Position numbers and translations under genes: made by a program
Assembly (NCBI GenBank): GCA_963666215.2
Contig: CAXWPL010000002.1
Coordinates: forward strand, 384,001 to 448,000
Length of the DNA: 64,000 nt
Direction of reading: 5' to 3'
Source: Acidobacteriota bacterium
GTDB taxonomy: Bacteria; Acidobacteriota; UBA890; WLXD01
Notes under the pieces: model-generated
What the model was told of the DNA's origin: nothing
Database searches by the model: none
The model's input: the letters and a program-made list of their open reading frames with translations, nothing else
Part shown: positions 51,691 through 61,903 of the stretch, piece after piece
Position numbering within the stretch: the stretch's first letter is position 1
How the letters are laid out: each line of letters opens with the position of its first letter

Positions 51691-52488
51691 CTAGCCAGCA
51701 TTGCCGGTGGGTCGCTGGGTTGGGTGGGTTGGGTGGGTTGGGGCGCATCGCGCAACAACGGTGGATCCGGCTCGCACTCGGTCGCCCACTGCTACCTGGA
51801 TCTCACAATCCTGTGGCAACGTGAGCTCAGCGCGCGAGCCGAATCGGATGATGGCGATCCGCTCGCCAGCGCGCAAGGTGGCCGGCGGATGTTTCCAGGG
51901 GATGATACGGCGCGCCACAGCCCCCGCCATCAGCGCCAGCACGGTGTCGCCCTCCGTCGCTATCGGCGACAGTGGCTGGCGGCCGCCGTGCTCGTTGCCG
52001 GCAGATTCTCCGTTGTCGATTGCACTCGACGACACATCGGTGTCGACCGCTGCCGGGCGCAATTGCATGATCACGCGTGCGTTGCGGCTGGCCTCTTCGC
52101 GAAAGGCCATGGCGTAGCCGCCGGGTTCTCGCCGCATCGCGATGATATCGCCGGCGTGCGGCGCTCGCGCCACGTGCACGTTGAACAGCGACAGGAAGAT
52201 GGCGATTCGGCCGCCGCGGTCGTCGGTAGCCGGCAGTACCTCGACCACGCGGCCGTCAGCCGGAGCCAGGAACTCGTCGGGCGTCGCCTGACAGGGACGC
52301 TCCGGGTCGCGAAAAAAAGCGGCGATGCTGGCCGTCACCAGCGCCAGCACTGCAGCCGTGGCCGGGGCGCCGAGCGCCACCGCGACGCTGGCCACCAGAG
52401 CTGGTGGCAGGACAAACGGGAGCGCTTCCGGACAGATACGCATCGGAGGCGCGGTTGCTCCTCGTCCGTTGATCTTTGTGGCCGTCAC
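51691..52488 (-). CDS. psd: Phosphatidylserine decarboxylase
   Basis: FFRDPER, APADG, IFLSLFNVH, FGSR self-cleavage site. Confidence 0.92.
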   Translation of the reverse strand: MTATKINGRGATAPPMRICPEALPFVLPPALVASVAVALGAPATAAVLALVTASIAAFFRDPERPCQATPDEFLAPADGRVVEVLPATDDRGGRIAIFLSLFNVHVARAPHAGDIIAMRREPGGYAMAFREEASRNARVIMQLRPAAVDTDVSSSAIDNGESAGNEHGGRQPLSPIATEGDTVLALMAGAVARRIIPWKHPPATLRAGERIAIIRFGSRAELTLPQDCEIQVAVGDRVRAGSTVVARCAPTHPTHPTQRPTGNAG

Positions 52489-52541
52489 GGCCTTGGCGCC
52501 CGGGAGCAGCCCCGTCGTGCGCTGACTACTCGCCCTCGGGA

Positions 52542-52784
52542 CTAGTGCTCGACCAGGACCTCCAACTCGTTGGCCTCGCGCGCAAGCGTTGCCATGCGGT
52601 CCTTGATCAGAAGCTTACGCTTCTTCGCGGCCGATTCTTCGAACCAGTCGCGCTGCGTAAAAGGACGTCGAGTTGAGAGAAGTTCGAGTTTTTCTTTCAA
52701 ACGTTCGTGTTGCTCAAAGAGCCGTTGATATTCCTCGTTCTCCACCATAAGGCGGCTTCGGAAATTGGTCTCGAGCAGCTCCAT
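52542..52784 (-). CDS. DUF465/YdcH-like small coiled-coil protein
   Basis: YQRLFEQHERL...KKRKLLIKDRM. GGAGG RBS. Confidence 0.7.
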   Translation of the reverse strand: MELLETNFRSRLMVENEEYQRLFEQHERLKEKLELLSTRRPFTQRDWFEESAAKKRKLLIKDRMATLAREANELEVLVEH

Positions 52785-52855
52785 ATCTGTCCTCCGCGTT
52801 TGAGATTGTCAACGCTCGGTGGGGCGACCTCATGCTAGCAAAATCGGCTCCCGGG

Positions 52856-53647
52856 TCAAACCGGAGGCCGCACGTACGTCGGCAAGACGGGCGGCAGGTT
52901 CGGCCCACGGCTCGCAGGTTGGTCGACGAGCAGCCGCCACAGAAGGCGCGCGTTGGCTGCGGCCAGTGTCGTGCGTGTCGCCAGGTGGCGAGTGACCTCG
53001 AGCAGCTCGGGGCAGGCGCACGGCCCGGTGCCACAGCTGAGCCACCCGCCGGACGGTCGAGCCGTCTCGATTCGCTTCAGCAGGTCGCCCGGCGGAAGCA
53101 CGCATGGTCCCCAAATTGTCGTACGCCAAGGTCGGCTGCGAGGCAGCAAGGATTGGGGAGGCGAGCCTGGCGGTCCCAGCAGAGCGGCATAGAGCTCGCC
53201 GCGGCGGGCGTCGATTGTTACCAGGATTGGCTCCGGTGTGTTGGTGGAGGCTTCGAGACCAGCGCAACCGGGGAGGCTTGGCAGCGCGGCTTCGGCGAGC
53301 CCGTCGCAACTGCTTACGCCCGCCACCGGCAGATCGCTGCCGCCGCCCAGTCCGATCGCGGTGGCCAGCGCAACGCGAATTCCCGTGAAGGCTCCGGGCC
53401 CGGAGCCGGCGGCGATGGCCTCGAGATCCTCGAATCTCATGCTGGAACGCTCGAAGAGTCGGTCGATGGCGGGAAGAATCCAGCCGTCCGTGCCGCGTCC
53501 AAACGGCCCCTCTTCTTCGGCGAGCAGCTCGCCATTGCTGGCCACAAGCGCAACGCTCGCCGGCGGGACCGCGGCATCGAGCCCGAGTACTACAGGTCCC
53601 CGGCCGCTACGTGTCGACGCGTGATAGTGTCTGCCGCTCTCGCTCAC
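52856..53647 (-). CDS. tsaB: tRNA threonylcarbamoyladenosine biosynthesis protein
   Basis: VLGLDA, GPGAFTGIR, IDARRGELY, PTYVR. Confidence 0.9.
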   Translation of the reverse strand: MSESGRHYHASTRSGRGPVVLGLDAAVPPASVALVASNGELLAEEEGPFGRGTDGWILPAIDRLFERSSMRFEDLEAIAAGSGPGAFTGIRVALATAIGLGGGSDLPVAGVSSCDGLAEAALPSLPGCAGLEASTNTPEPILVTIDARRGELYAALLGPPGSPPQSLLPRSRPWRTTIWGPCVLPPGDLLKRIETARPSGGWLSCGTGPCACPELLEVTRHLATRTTLAAANARLLWRLLVDQPASRGPNLPPVLPTYVRPPV

Positions 53648-53794
53648 AGGCCCTCTCAGCCCAGATCCCGGCCCGGATCCCGATCCAGGTCTTCTTCAAC
53701 GGATCTCAACCCAGATCCGAGGCGTTCGCAGAGGTCACCGCCGATCGGCCGCGGAGCCTCGCGCGCGGCTCGATCGCGCCGCAGCTCACACGCC

Positions 53795-56629
53795 ATGCCG
53801 GCATCGTCCTCTTCGTCGCCGATGATGCGGCAATACCACCGCCTGCGGGCGGAGAATCCAGGCGCCATCCTCTTCTTTCGTCTCGGTGACTTCTACGAGA
53901 TGTTCTTCGAGGATGCCAAGCTCGCGGCGCCGATTCTCGATATTACTCTCACGGCGCGCGGCCGGGGCACGGCGAACGAAGCTCCGATGTGCGGGGTTCC
54001 GTACCACAGCGCCGATACGTATCTAGCGCGCCTGCTGCGCGCCGGCCACAAGGTGGCCATTGCCGAGCAGGTCGAGGGTTCGGCCGAGTCGACGGACTCG
54101 ACTGGCTCCAGGGCGACCAAGGCAGCCAGATCCGGCAAAGGAATGGTGCGCCGCGAGGTCGTGCGCGTTCTCAGCCCCGGGACACTCACCGACGATGAGC
54201 TGTTGCCCGGGCGCGACAACAACTACCTCGTTGCCGTGATGCGCCGGGGCGAAGCGGGCCACCGAGATGAGCGCATCGGCGCCGCGGCGCTCGATCTTTC
54301 CACGGGCGAGTTCACGGCAGCCCAGTTCGAGGGCCGCGAAGCGATGTTGTCGGCGCGCGAGGAGATTGCCCGGTGGGCGCCGCTCGAGGTCTGCTTTCCG
54401 AACGGCCAGGATGCTGAAGCTTGGATCGCTGACCGTCCGCAGGCGTTGCGAGGTGTCGATTCGTCGACTCCCGATCCAGCGACAGTTGCTGGCGGCGGCA
54501 CCACCGACGCGGCAGCAAGCGTCGCCACCTGGAGCCCACTCGAGCCCTGGACGTTCGATCCGGGCCGCGCGCGTGCACGGCTGTGCGAGCACTTCGGAGT
54601 CAGTAGTCTCGACGGCTTTGACCTCGCCGAGCAGGATGCCGCGGTTGGCGCCGCCGGCGCCCTGCTTCAATACGCGATCGACAACAGTCACACTGCCGCC
54701 TTGCGTCATGTGCGCTCGATCCGGCGGCAGCACGACCGTTCGTTCCTCGAGCTCGATGCCGTCACACGGCGCTCGCTCGAGCTCGTCGAGAGCTGGCAGG
54801 ACGGACAACGTGCCGGGTCGCTGCTGTCGGTGATCGATCGCACGGCGACGCCGATGGGAGCCCGGCGAATCAAGCAATGGTTGCTGCGGCCGTTGAGGTT
54901 GGCGAGCGCGATCGAGCGTCGTCAGAGCGTGGTGGCGGGGCTGGTCGAGGACCTGCGCACGCGCGACCGGATGCGAGAAGCTCTGCGTCGAGTGGCTGAC
55001 ATCGAGCGTCTGACCACACGAGTTTCACTCGGTACCGCCAGCCCACGCGACCTTGGCGCGCTGCGGGACTCGCTGCAGGCTCTTCCCGAAGTTCGAGAAT
55101 CACTGCTCGAGCTCGGCCAGTTGCCGATGTGCAATGAGCTGTACGAGGCAATGGACCCGTGCGTCGACGTCATGGAGTTGATCTCGCGACAGCTGGTCGA
55201 CGAACCGCCTGCCGTGCTCGGCTCGAGTGGTGCAATCCGCGGTGGTTTCGATGCCGCTCTCGACCGTTTGCGCCAGGCATCGAGGAGCGGCAAGGAGTTC
55301 ATCGCCGGCCTCGAATCGACGGAGCGCGCAGCCACCGGTATCAGTTCGCTCAAGGTTGGCTTCAACAAGGTCTTTGGCTACTACCTCGAGGCCTCGAAGG
55401 CCAACCTCGACAAGGTGCCCGGCAGCTACATCCGCAAGCAGACGTTGTCGAACGCCGAGCGCTACATCACCCCGGAGTTGAAGGAGTTCGAGCAGACGGT
55501 TCTGGGCGCGGAGGAGAAGATCGCCGCGCTCGAACGAGAGATCTTCGCTCGACTGCGCGACGAGATCGCCGAGAACGGAGCGCGGTTGCTTGCTACCGCC
55601 GCGGCGGTTGCCTCTCTGGACGCGCTGGCGTCGCTAGCGGAGGTGGGAGCGCTTGGCGGCTACCGCCGTCCGCTGGTGGACGACGGCGTGATGATCGAGA
55701 TTCGCGGCGGACGCCACCCTACCGTCGAAGCGTTGCAACCGGGCCTGCCGTTCGTCCCCAACGACACGTATCTCGACGGCGACGCTCACCGCATCAAGCT
55801 GGTGACCGGACCGAACATGGGCGGTAAGTCGACCTACCTGCGGCAGCTCGCCCTGATCGTCGTGCTCGCCCAGATGGGCGGCTTCGTGCCCGCGGAGGCA
55901 GCGCGCATCGGCGTCGCCGATCGGATCTTCACGCGCGTCGGTGCGTCTGACAATCTGGCTCGCGGCATCTCGACCTTCCTTGCCGAGATGCAGGAAACAG
56001 CAAGCATCCTCAACAACGCTACCGAGCGCAGCCTCGTGCTGCTCGACGAAGTGGGGCGCGGCACCAGCACCTACGACGGCCTGGCGATCGCCTGGGCGGT
56101 TGTCGAGTATCTGCGAGACGACGCCGACGTGCGTCCGCGCACGCTGTTCGCTACGCACTACCACGAGCTCACGGAGTTGGCCGTACAGGGTGGCAGCGTT
56201 GGCAACCTGCGCGTTGCCGTGCAGGAGTCGGGCGCCGACGTCGTTTTCCTGCACCGAGTCGAGCCCGGCGCGGCTGACCGCTCGTACGGCATCCATGTTG
56301 CCCGCCTCGCCGGCCTGCCGGCAGCCGTCGTGGCGCGTGCCGAGGAGGTTCTCAATGGCTTCGAGGGACCTGACGGCGGGCTTCCGAGCGCGAGAGGCCC
56401 GATCTCGGGAGTAGGGGCGCGGGGCAATGCCCCCATTGACGGTCAGATCCCACTCTTCGTGGTCCAACGGCCAGGCCAGCGGACCAGCGGGGAAGACGAG
56501 CAGATGGAACCAACCGAGCATGCGGTGATCGGCCGGCTCCGGCAGCTAGATCTCGACGACCTGACGCCGCTCGAGGCGCTCAATCTGTTGGCCGAGCTGC
56601 GCGCCGCGGCCGACGAGGAGAACGACTAG
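53795..56629 (+). CDS. mutS: DNA mismatch repair protein MutS
   Basis: PMMRQY, GDFYEMF, TGPNMGGKSTY, DEVGRGTST, ATHYHEL. Confidence 0.97.
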   Translation: MPASSSSSPMMRQYHRLRAENPGAILFFRLGDFYEMFFEDAKLAAPILDITLTARGRGTANEAPMCGVPYHSADTYLARLLRAGHKVAIAEQVEGSAESTDSTGSRATKAARSGKGMVRREVVRVLSPGTLTDDELLPGRDNNYLVAVMRRGEAGHRDERIGAAALDLSTGEFTAAQFEGREAMLSAREEIARWAPLEVCFPNGQDAEAWIADRPQALRGVDSSTPDPATVAGGGTTDAAASVATWSPLEPWTFDPGRARARLCEHFGVSSLDGFDLAEQDAAVGAAGALLQYAIDNSHTAALRHVRSIRRQHDRSFLELDAVTRRSLELVESWQDGQRAGSLLSVIDRTATPMGARRIKQWLLRPLRLASAIERRQSVVAGLVEDLRTRDRMREALRRVADIERLTTRVSLGTASPRDLGALRDSLQALPEVRESLLELGQLPMCNELYEAMDPCVDVMELISRQLVDEPPAVLGSSGAIRGGFDAALDRLRQASRSGKEFIAGLESTERAATGISSLKVGFNKVFGYYLEASKANLDKVPGSYIRKQTLSNAERYITPELKEFEQTVLGAEEKIAALEREIFARLRDEIAENGARLLATAAAVASLDALASLAEVGALGGYRRPLVDDGVMIEIRGGRHPTVEALQPGLPFVPNDTYLDGDAHRIKLVTGPNMGGKSTYLRQLALIVVLAQMGGFVPAEAARIGVADRIFTRVGASDNLARGISTFLAEMQETASILNNATERSLVLLDEVGRGTSTYDGLAIAWAVVEYLRDDADVRPRTLFATHYHELTELAVQGGSVGNLRVAVQESGADVVFLHRVEPGAADRSYGIHVARLAGLPAAVVARAEEVLNGFEGPDGGLPSARGPISGVGARGNAPIDGQIPLFVVQRPGQRTSGEDEQMEPTEHAVIGRLRQLDLDDLTPLEALNLLAELRAAADEEND

Positions 56630-56710
56630 CTGCGCGGACGCGTTCGGTCTCACGCAACTCGTGGTCAGAAGCGCGCCTCGTGGGCCAGACCCGCGCGCGG
56701 CTTTGGTGAC

Positions 56711-57355
56711 CTAGTCGCGCGAGGTCGGGGGTTCGGCCGGCGTCGGCGACGTGCTGCTGCCGTCGGGTACGCCCCAGCGGCGCTGTATGACGCGAACGGC
56801 AACCACGATCGCCACGAGCAGAACCAGCAGCGCGAGCGTGGCGGGCAGGGCGTAGCGCGTGAACAGATCGATGATGGCCTCGCCGTAGACCACCGCAATC
56901 AACGCCTGGACACCGAAGCGGATCGCTCTGCCCACGAGCACCGCGAGAACGAAACCGCCGAGCTTCTGCCGCAAGAACCCCGCCGCGATGACGACGTACT
57001 TGAAGGGGAACGGCGCCGGGATGGTGGCGGCGCTGAGCACCGCCAGCACCCCGTGCCGTTCGATCAGCCCTTCGGCCCAAGCGAGCTTCGCTCCGGCCCC
57101 TGGGCGGCGCATCACACGATCCCGGCCAGCGCTGGCCACCAGGAAAACAGCCAGGGTTCCGACGGTCGAACCGAGGGTGACGGCCAGGGCGTAGGGAATG
57201 GCGTTGTGAGGTTCCACGGCAACGGACAGCATCACCACGAGGTCGAACAGCTGCGGCATGGGCAGCACGCTCGAGTCGAGCAGCGCCAGGGCGAATAGTC
57301 CGGTGGCGCCGTAGAGTAGGAGCGTGCTCTGCAACCAGGAGACCAGGGCTTCCAC
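56711..57355 (-). CDS. VTT/DedA (YqaA-like) membrane protein
   Basis: LDSSVLPMP, GSTVG, PAPFPFK, GRAIRF. Confidence 0.8.
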   Translation of the reverse strand: MEALVSWLQSTLLLYGATGLFALALLDSSVLPMPQLFDLVVMLSVAVEPHNAIPYALAVTLGSTVGTLAVFLVASAGRDRVMRRPGAGAKLAWAEGLIERHGVLAVLSAATIPAPFPFKYVVIAAGFLRQKLGGFVLAVLVGRAIRFGVQALIAVVYGEAIIDLFTRYALPATLALLVLLVAIVVAVRVIQRRWGVPDGSSTSPTPAEPPTSRD

Positions 57356-57474
57356 GGCGGTCCGTCGCTCGGCGAGTGGCAGCACTCGGCCAGTTTGACG
57401 CGCGAGGCGACTTCAGAAACGCTTCGCGGCGGGAGCGCACGCTAGCACCTGTTCGGAGAGAGGCGCAAACGGCC

Positions 57475-58776
57475 ATGTGGATGGCGCTGGGACTGATCTC
57501 GGGCACCTCGATGGATGGCGTCGACGCTGTTCTCGTTGATGCCGCACGCAGCCCGGCCGGGGCCTGCCTTGTTCAGGTGCGACTTTTCCGGTCGTACCCG
57601 TACACAGAGGAGATGCGCCAGGCGCTGCGAGACTGCGCCGCGTCGGGGAGTGTTGCCGATGTTGCCCGGCTGAACGTCGCCGTGGGGGAGGTGTTCGCCG
57701 AGTCGGCTCTGTCGCTGCTTGCCGACGCGGGTGTGGAGGCTGGCCAGGTGCGGTGCATCGGATCGCATGGCCAGACACTGATGCATCTGCCCGAGCCGAC
57801 GCTCATCGCCGGGCGGACCGTGCGGGCAACGCTGCAGATTGGCGAGCCTGCCGTGATCGCCGCGCGAACCGGCATCACGACGGTCGCCGATTTTCGCCCG
57901 TCCGACATGGCTCACGGGGGTGAGGGAGCGCCGTTGGTGCCGTTGCTCGACGCTGCGCTTTTCGGCGGATCTGGAATTGGCGGCCGCGTGCTGGTGAATA
58001 TTGGTGGAATTGCCAACATCACGGTGCTGCCGCCGGCCGACGGCTCCGCCCGGCATGCCCCCCGGTCGTTGGAGGGACAGGGGTCGGCGTTTGCGAAACC
58101 GGGTCAATCCACAGCATCGGCCTCGATCATCGCCTTCGACACCGGCCCCGGCAACGTCCTCATCGACGCGGCGGCGCGTCGCATGGAGCTCGACGGCGAC
58201 ATCGATCGTGACGGTGCGCTGGCGAGCGGCGGATGTGTTGATCCCGACCTGCTGGCCGAGTTGATGCAGCACCCATTCTTCGCGCGCAGCCCGCCGAAGT
58301 CGGCTGACAGCGCGGACTTTCTTGGCGACTATGCCGAGCGCTGCTGGAAGCGAGCGGAGGAGCTCGCCGACGCCGACCTGATGGCCACCCTGGCAGAGCT
58401 CACCGCCTCCACCGTGGCGGCGAGCATTCGCGACCATGTGGATTGGTTGCGCCCGGACGCGGACCGAGCGGATGGCGCTCAGGTGGTGGTGTCGGGCGGC
58501 GGTGTGCACAACCGCGCGCTAATGAGCCGTCTGCGGCACCATGTGTCTCCCGTTCAGGTGGCAGAGCTTGGCGCGGGAGCGCTCGGCAGCGCCAGGGAGC
58601 GTCCGGCTGCCGACATGATTTCTGCCGACGCCAAGGAGGCGGCGGCCTTCGCTTTGATTGCTTTGAGGACGCTCGATGGCGCGCCGGGAAACGTTCCGTC
58701 GGCCACCGGCGCGACATGCCCCGCCGTACTCGGCAAGGTGGTATTCGCAGGCGGAGAGCGGCTCTCGAGGCGGTGA
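57475..58776 (+). CDS. anmK: Anhydro-N-acetylmuramic acid kinase
   Basis: SGTSMDG, GSHGQT, GGEGAPL, NIGGIAN, FDTGPGN, KEA. Confidence 0.95.
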   Translation: MWMALGLISGTSMDGVDAVLVDAARSPAGACLVQVRLFRSYPYTEEMRQALRDCAASGSVADVARLNVAVGEVFAESALSLLADAGVEAGQVRCIGSHGQTLMHLPEPTLIAGRTVRATLQIGEPAVIAARTGITTVADFRPSDMAHGGEGAPLVPLLDAALFGGSGIGGRVLVNIGGIANITVLPPADGSARHAPRSLEGQGSAFAKPGQSTASASIIAFDTGPGNVLIDAAARRMELDGDIDRDGALASGGCVDPDLLAELMQHPFFARSPPKSADSADFLGDYAERCWKRAEELADADLMATLAELTASTVAASIRDHVDWLRPDADRADGAQVVVSGGGVHNRALMSRLRHHVSPVQVAELGAGALGSARERPAADMISADAKEAAAFALIALRTLDGAPGNVPSATGATCPAVLGKVVFAGGERLSRR

Positions 58777-58813
58777 TATAGTCCAACTTGGCCAAACTTT
58801 CAGGAGGCAGACG

Positions 58814-59791
58814 ATGCCCAAGCTCGCGCCCACGAAGTCCATCTGGCACAACGGCAGCCTGATCCCCTGGGAAGATGCCACCGTCCACGTCGGCACCCAC
58901 GTGCTGCACTACGGCTCTTCCGTTTTCGAGGGGATCCGCTGCTACAAGACAGAGCGCGGCTCGGCCGTGTTTCGTCTGCCCGAGCACTGTCGCCGGCTCG
59001 TGGAGTCGGCTCGCATCTACAACATGCCGCTGAAGTTCGACGCTGCTGCGCTTGCGGAAGGCTGCCTCGAGACGATTCGCGCCAACGAGATGGAGCATTG
59101 CTACATCAGGCCCATCGTGTTCCGCGGCTACCATTCGCTCGGTGTCAACCCGATGCCGTGTCCTACCGAGACGTACGTCATGGTGTGGGAGTGGGGCGCG
59201 TACTTGGGCGAGGAGGCCCTGAAGAGCGGCGTCGACGTCAAGATCTCCACCTGGAACCGACTCGCGCCGAACACCCTGCCGTCGCTTGCCAAGTGCGGCG
59301 CCAACTACATGGCGGCGCAGCTGGTGAAGATGGAGGCGCTCCAAGAGGGATACGCCGAGGCGATCTCGCTCGATACGCGTGGCTTCGTGGCTGAGGGCAG
59401 CGGCGAGAACCTGTTTGTGGTGCGCGACAACGTGATTTATACGACGCCGCTGACGGCATCTATTCTCTCGGGAATCACCCGCGACAGCATCATGAAGCTC
59501 GCCCGCGACCTCGGCTACCAGATCGTCGAGGGCGATATGCCGCGCGAATTCCTCTACATCGCCGACGAGGCTTTCTTCACGGGCACAGCCGCCGAGGTCA
59601 CACCGATCCGCTCGGTCGACCGCCGCACAGTCGGTGAGGGAAGCCGTGGGCCGATTACGGAGCAACTCCAGCGCCATTTCTTCGACATCGTTAGCGGTCG
59701 TGGCGAGGATCCGTATGGCTGGCTGACGCCGGTGTACGAGAGCGCCGAGACCGAAGAGGCGATCGCCGAGACCGAAGAGGCGATCGCCTAG
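58814..59791 (+). CDS. ilvE: Branched-chain amino acid aminotransferase
   Basis: LHYGSSVFEG, YIRP, AK..ANY, EGSGEN, GITR, GTAAEV. Confidence 0.96.
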   Translation: MPKLAPTKSIWHNGSLIPWEDATVHVGTHVLHYGSSVFEGIRCYKTERGSAVFRLPEHCRRLVESARIYNMPLKFDAAALAEGCLETIRANEMEHCYIRPIVFRGYHSLGVNPMPCPTETYVMVWEWGAYLGEEALKSGVDVKISTWNRLAPNTLPSLAKCGANYMAAQLVKMEALQEGYAEAISLDTRGFVAEGSGENLFVVRDNVIYTTPLTASILSGITRDSIMKLARDLGYQIVEGDMPREFLYIADEAFFTGTAAEVTPIRSVDRRTVGEGSRGPITEQLQRHFFDIVSGRGEDPYGWLTPVYESAETEEAIAETEEAIA

Positions 59792-59827
59792 AAGGCTCGA
59801 TCGGAAGGCTCGATCCGAAGCTCGATC
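59743..59827. repeat. Adjacent tandem repeats at the ilvE 3' end
   Basis: 21-bp CGCCGAGACCGAAGAGGCGAT x2 (59743-59784), then GAAG(G)CTCGATC x3 (59791-59827). Confidence 0.85.
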
Positions 59828-60160
59828 GCGGGAATTTTTGATCAATCGGCATGGGCGTGCCACGGCGCAGGAGGGCTCTCGTCCGTTAGCTTGCCTCGTG
59901 GAGACCGATTCAACGAGCGCTCCGACACCCTCGGTGGTCACGGTCTGAGTCCGCGCGCGACCACCAGCGGCCACTCCTGCCTGCAACGGTGGGGCCGCTA
60001 ACCGCCGCCCGCGACTATCGCAGCCCCGCGAACGCTCCGGAGGCGCACCCGCCGCAGATAGGTTTTCGTAAGTCATTCAAGATCATGGATAACGTTTTCT
60101 GGTCGTCGATGATCAATAAGGGCTAGGAATAACTATCATGGGTCATTTAATCTTCTGCCC

Positions 60161-61276
60161 ATGGACCTAGACGAGTTTCTCGAGGAGGCCGTGAGCCTCG
60201 GTGCATCCGATCTGCACCTGCGTGCTGGCGCGCCGCCGATGATGCGGATCGACCGGCAGATGATGCCGTTGGAAGGCCATACGAAGCTCACCGCAGCCGA
60301 CACCAATGCGATCGCGCAGCAGATTCTGGCCGACCACAAGATCAGGATACGGCCCGCAAGCGAGCTCGACGTGGGTTATGCAAAGGCTGGGCTCGGCCGC
60401 TTCCGCGTGAATATCTTCACGAACGGGGGACAGGTGGGCGTGGTGCTCAGGATCATGCCGCCGGAGCCGATGACGCTCGAGGAGCTCCACCTGCCACCCA
60501 TACTGAGCGAGATCGTGCAGGAGGAGCGCGGCCTGGTACTCATTACCGGCGTCACAGGCAGCGGTAAGTCGACTTCGCTGGCGGCGATGATCAACCACAT
60601 CAACCTCACCCGACAGCTGCACGTGGTGACCGTCGAGGATCCGATCGAGTACCTCCACACCGACAAGAAGAGTCTGATTACCCAGCGCCAGCTCGGACTC
60701 GACACCAATACCTTCGCTACGGCGTTGCGCGCCGCGCTCCGTCAGGATCCGGACGTGATCCTGATTGGCAAGATGCGCGACAAGGAGACCATCGATTCCG
60801 CGATTCTTGCCGCCGAAACCGGGCACCTGGTTTTCTCGACACTGCACACCGCCGACGCCACCGAAACGATCAACCGGATCCTGGCGGTGTACCCGCCGCA
60901 TCAGCAGGAGCAGGTGCGCATTCAGCTGTCTGAGGTGCTCAAGGCCGTGGTCTCGATGCGTCTGCTACCCAGGCTTGACGGCGAGGGGCTCGTCCCCGCT
61001 GTCGAGGTGTTGGTCAACACGCTCTTCATCTCCGAGTGCGTCCGCGACTTGAAGTTCGGACGCATCCGCGAGGCGATGGCCGATGGCGCGATACAGTACG
61101 GCATGCAGACATTCGATCAGTCGTTGCTGGCGTTGTGCCGCGATGGCCTGAGCAGCGAGGAGACTGCGGTCAGCGCCGCGACCAGCTCGAACGACCTGCA
61201 GCTGCAGCTACGTGGCATCGTCTCGGCCTCCGACATGGACGACGCCAAGGCCTTCCGGCCCGCCGTCAACCAGTAG
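60161..61276 (+). CDS. pilT: PilT/PilU family retraction ATPase with Walker B Glu->Lys
   Basis: ASDLHL, RFRVN, GVTGSGKST, EDPIE, LRQDPD, STLHT, GMQTFDQ. Confidence 0.92.
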   Translation: MDLDEFLEEAVSLGASDLHLRAGAPPMMRIDRQMMPLEGHTKLTAADTNAIAQQILADHKIRIRPASELDVGYAKAGLGRFRVNIFTNGGQVGVVLRIMPPEPMTLEELHLPPILSEIVQEERGLVLITGVTGSGKSTSLAAMINHINLTRQLHVVTVEDPIEYLHTDKKSLITQRQLGLDTNTFATALRAALRQDPDVILIGKMRDKETIDSAILAAETGHLVFSTLHTADATETINRILAVYPPHQQEQVRIQLSEVLKAVVSMRLLPRLDGEGLVPAVEVLVNTLFISECVRDLKFGRIREAMADGAIQYGMQTFDQSLLALCRDGLSSEETAVSAATSSNDLQLQLRGIVSASDMDDAKAFRPAVNQ

Positions 61277-61315
61277 CCGCCAGTCAGCAGTCGCACGGAT
61301 CGAGCGATCTGGAGC

Positions 61316-61858
61316 CTGACCGCGAGGCCGGCCCAGGGGGCTTCTACGATCGGTCACGGCTCGAAGGACGAATCAGGCACCAAAGGAAACCGTGCCGCGC
61401 TCCCGACCGCGCTGGCTTGGCTTGCGCGTCGCGACTTCAGCGTGGCGCAACTGCGACAACGGCTCGCTCGCAAAGAATTCGATGGCGCCGAAATCGACGA
61501 CGCGGTGGAACGCTGCGTGGGGTACGGCTACCTCGACGACCACGCCTACGGCCTCGCGCGATCACGCGCCGTGCTGCTTCGCAAGCCGTGCGGGCGCCGC
61601 GCCTTGCTCGATGACTTGCGACGTCAGGGATTGACCTCGACAATGGGCGAACGCGTCGCGGGCGACATCTACGACGAGGTCGGCGGCGAGGAAAGCGTAC
61701 TCGCCGACGCTCTCCGCCGCTGGATCGCCAAGCACGGTGAGCCATCCGATTGGCCCGCGGTGCGACGCTGCTCGCAACACCTGATTCGTCGCGGTTTCGT
61801 ATCGTCGGCCGTCCAGCTGGCGATGTCGCCGTGGCTCGATCGCGCGGCCAACCGCTAG
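61316..61858 (+). CDS. recX: Regulatory protein RecX (start uncertain)
   Basis: ALAWLARRDFSVAQLRQRL, GYLDD, G...L...L..QG, LIRRGF. Homology extends upstream of the first GTG. Confidence 0.8.
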   Translation: MTARPAQGASTIGHGSKDESGTKGNRAALPTALAWLARRDFSVAQLRQRLARKEFDGAEIDDAVERCVGYGYLDDHAYGLARSRAVLLRKPCGRRALLDDLRRQGLTSTMGERVAGDIYDEVGGEESVLADALRRWIAKHGEPSDWPAVRRCSQHLIRRGFVSSAVQLAMSPWLDRAANR

Positions 61859-61903
61859 GCCACGAAACCACCGACACGTTCTCGACCCTACGAGCTGACG
61901 CCC

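Noticed and set aside
52832-53794. Apparent 321-aa N-terminal extension of MutS
   Set aside because: It overlaps tsaB on the opposite strand. MutS homology starts at 53795; GC-rich open-frame artefact.
59743-59827. Short tandem repeats (also 19777-19836, 51716-51742, 53660-53715) as a CRISPR array
   Set aside because: No unique spacers and no cas genes; simple micro-duplications.
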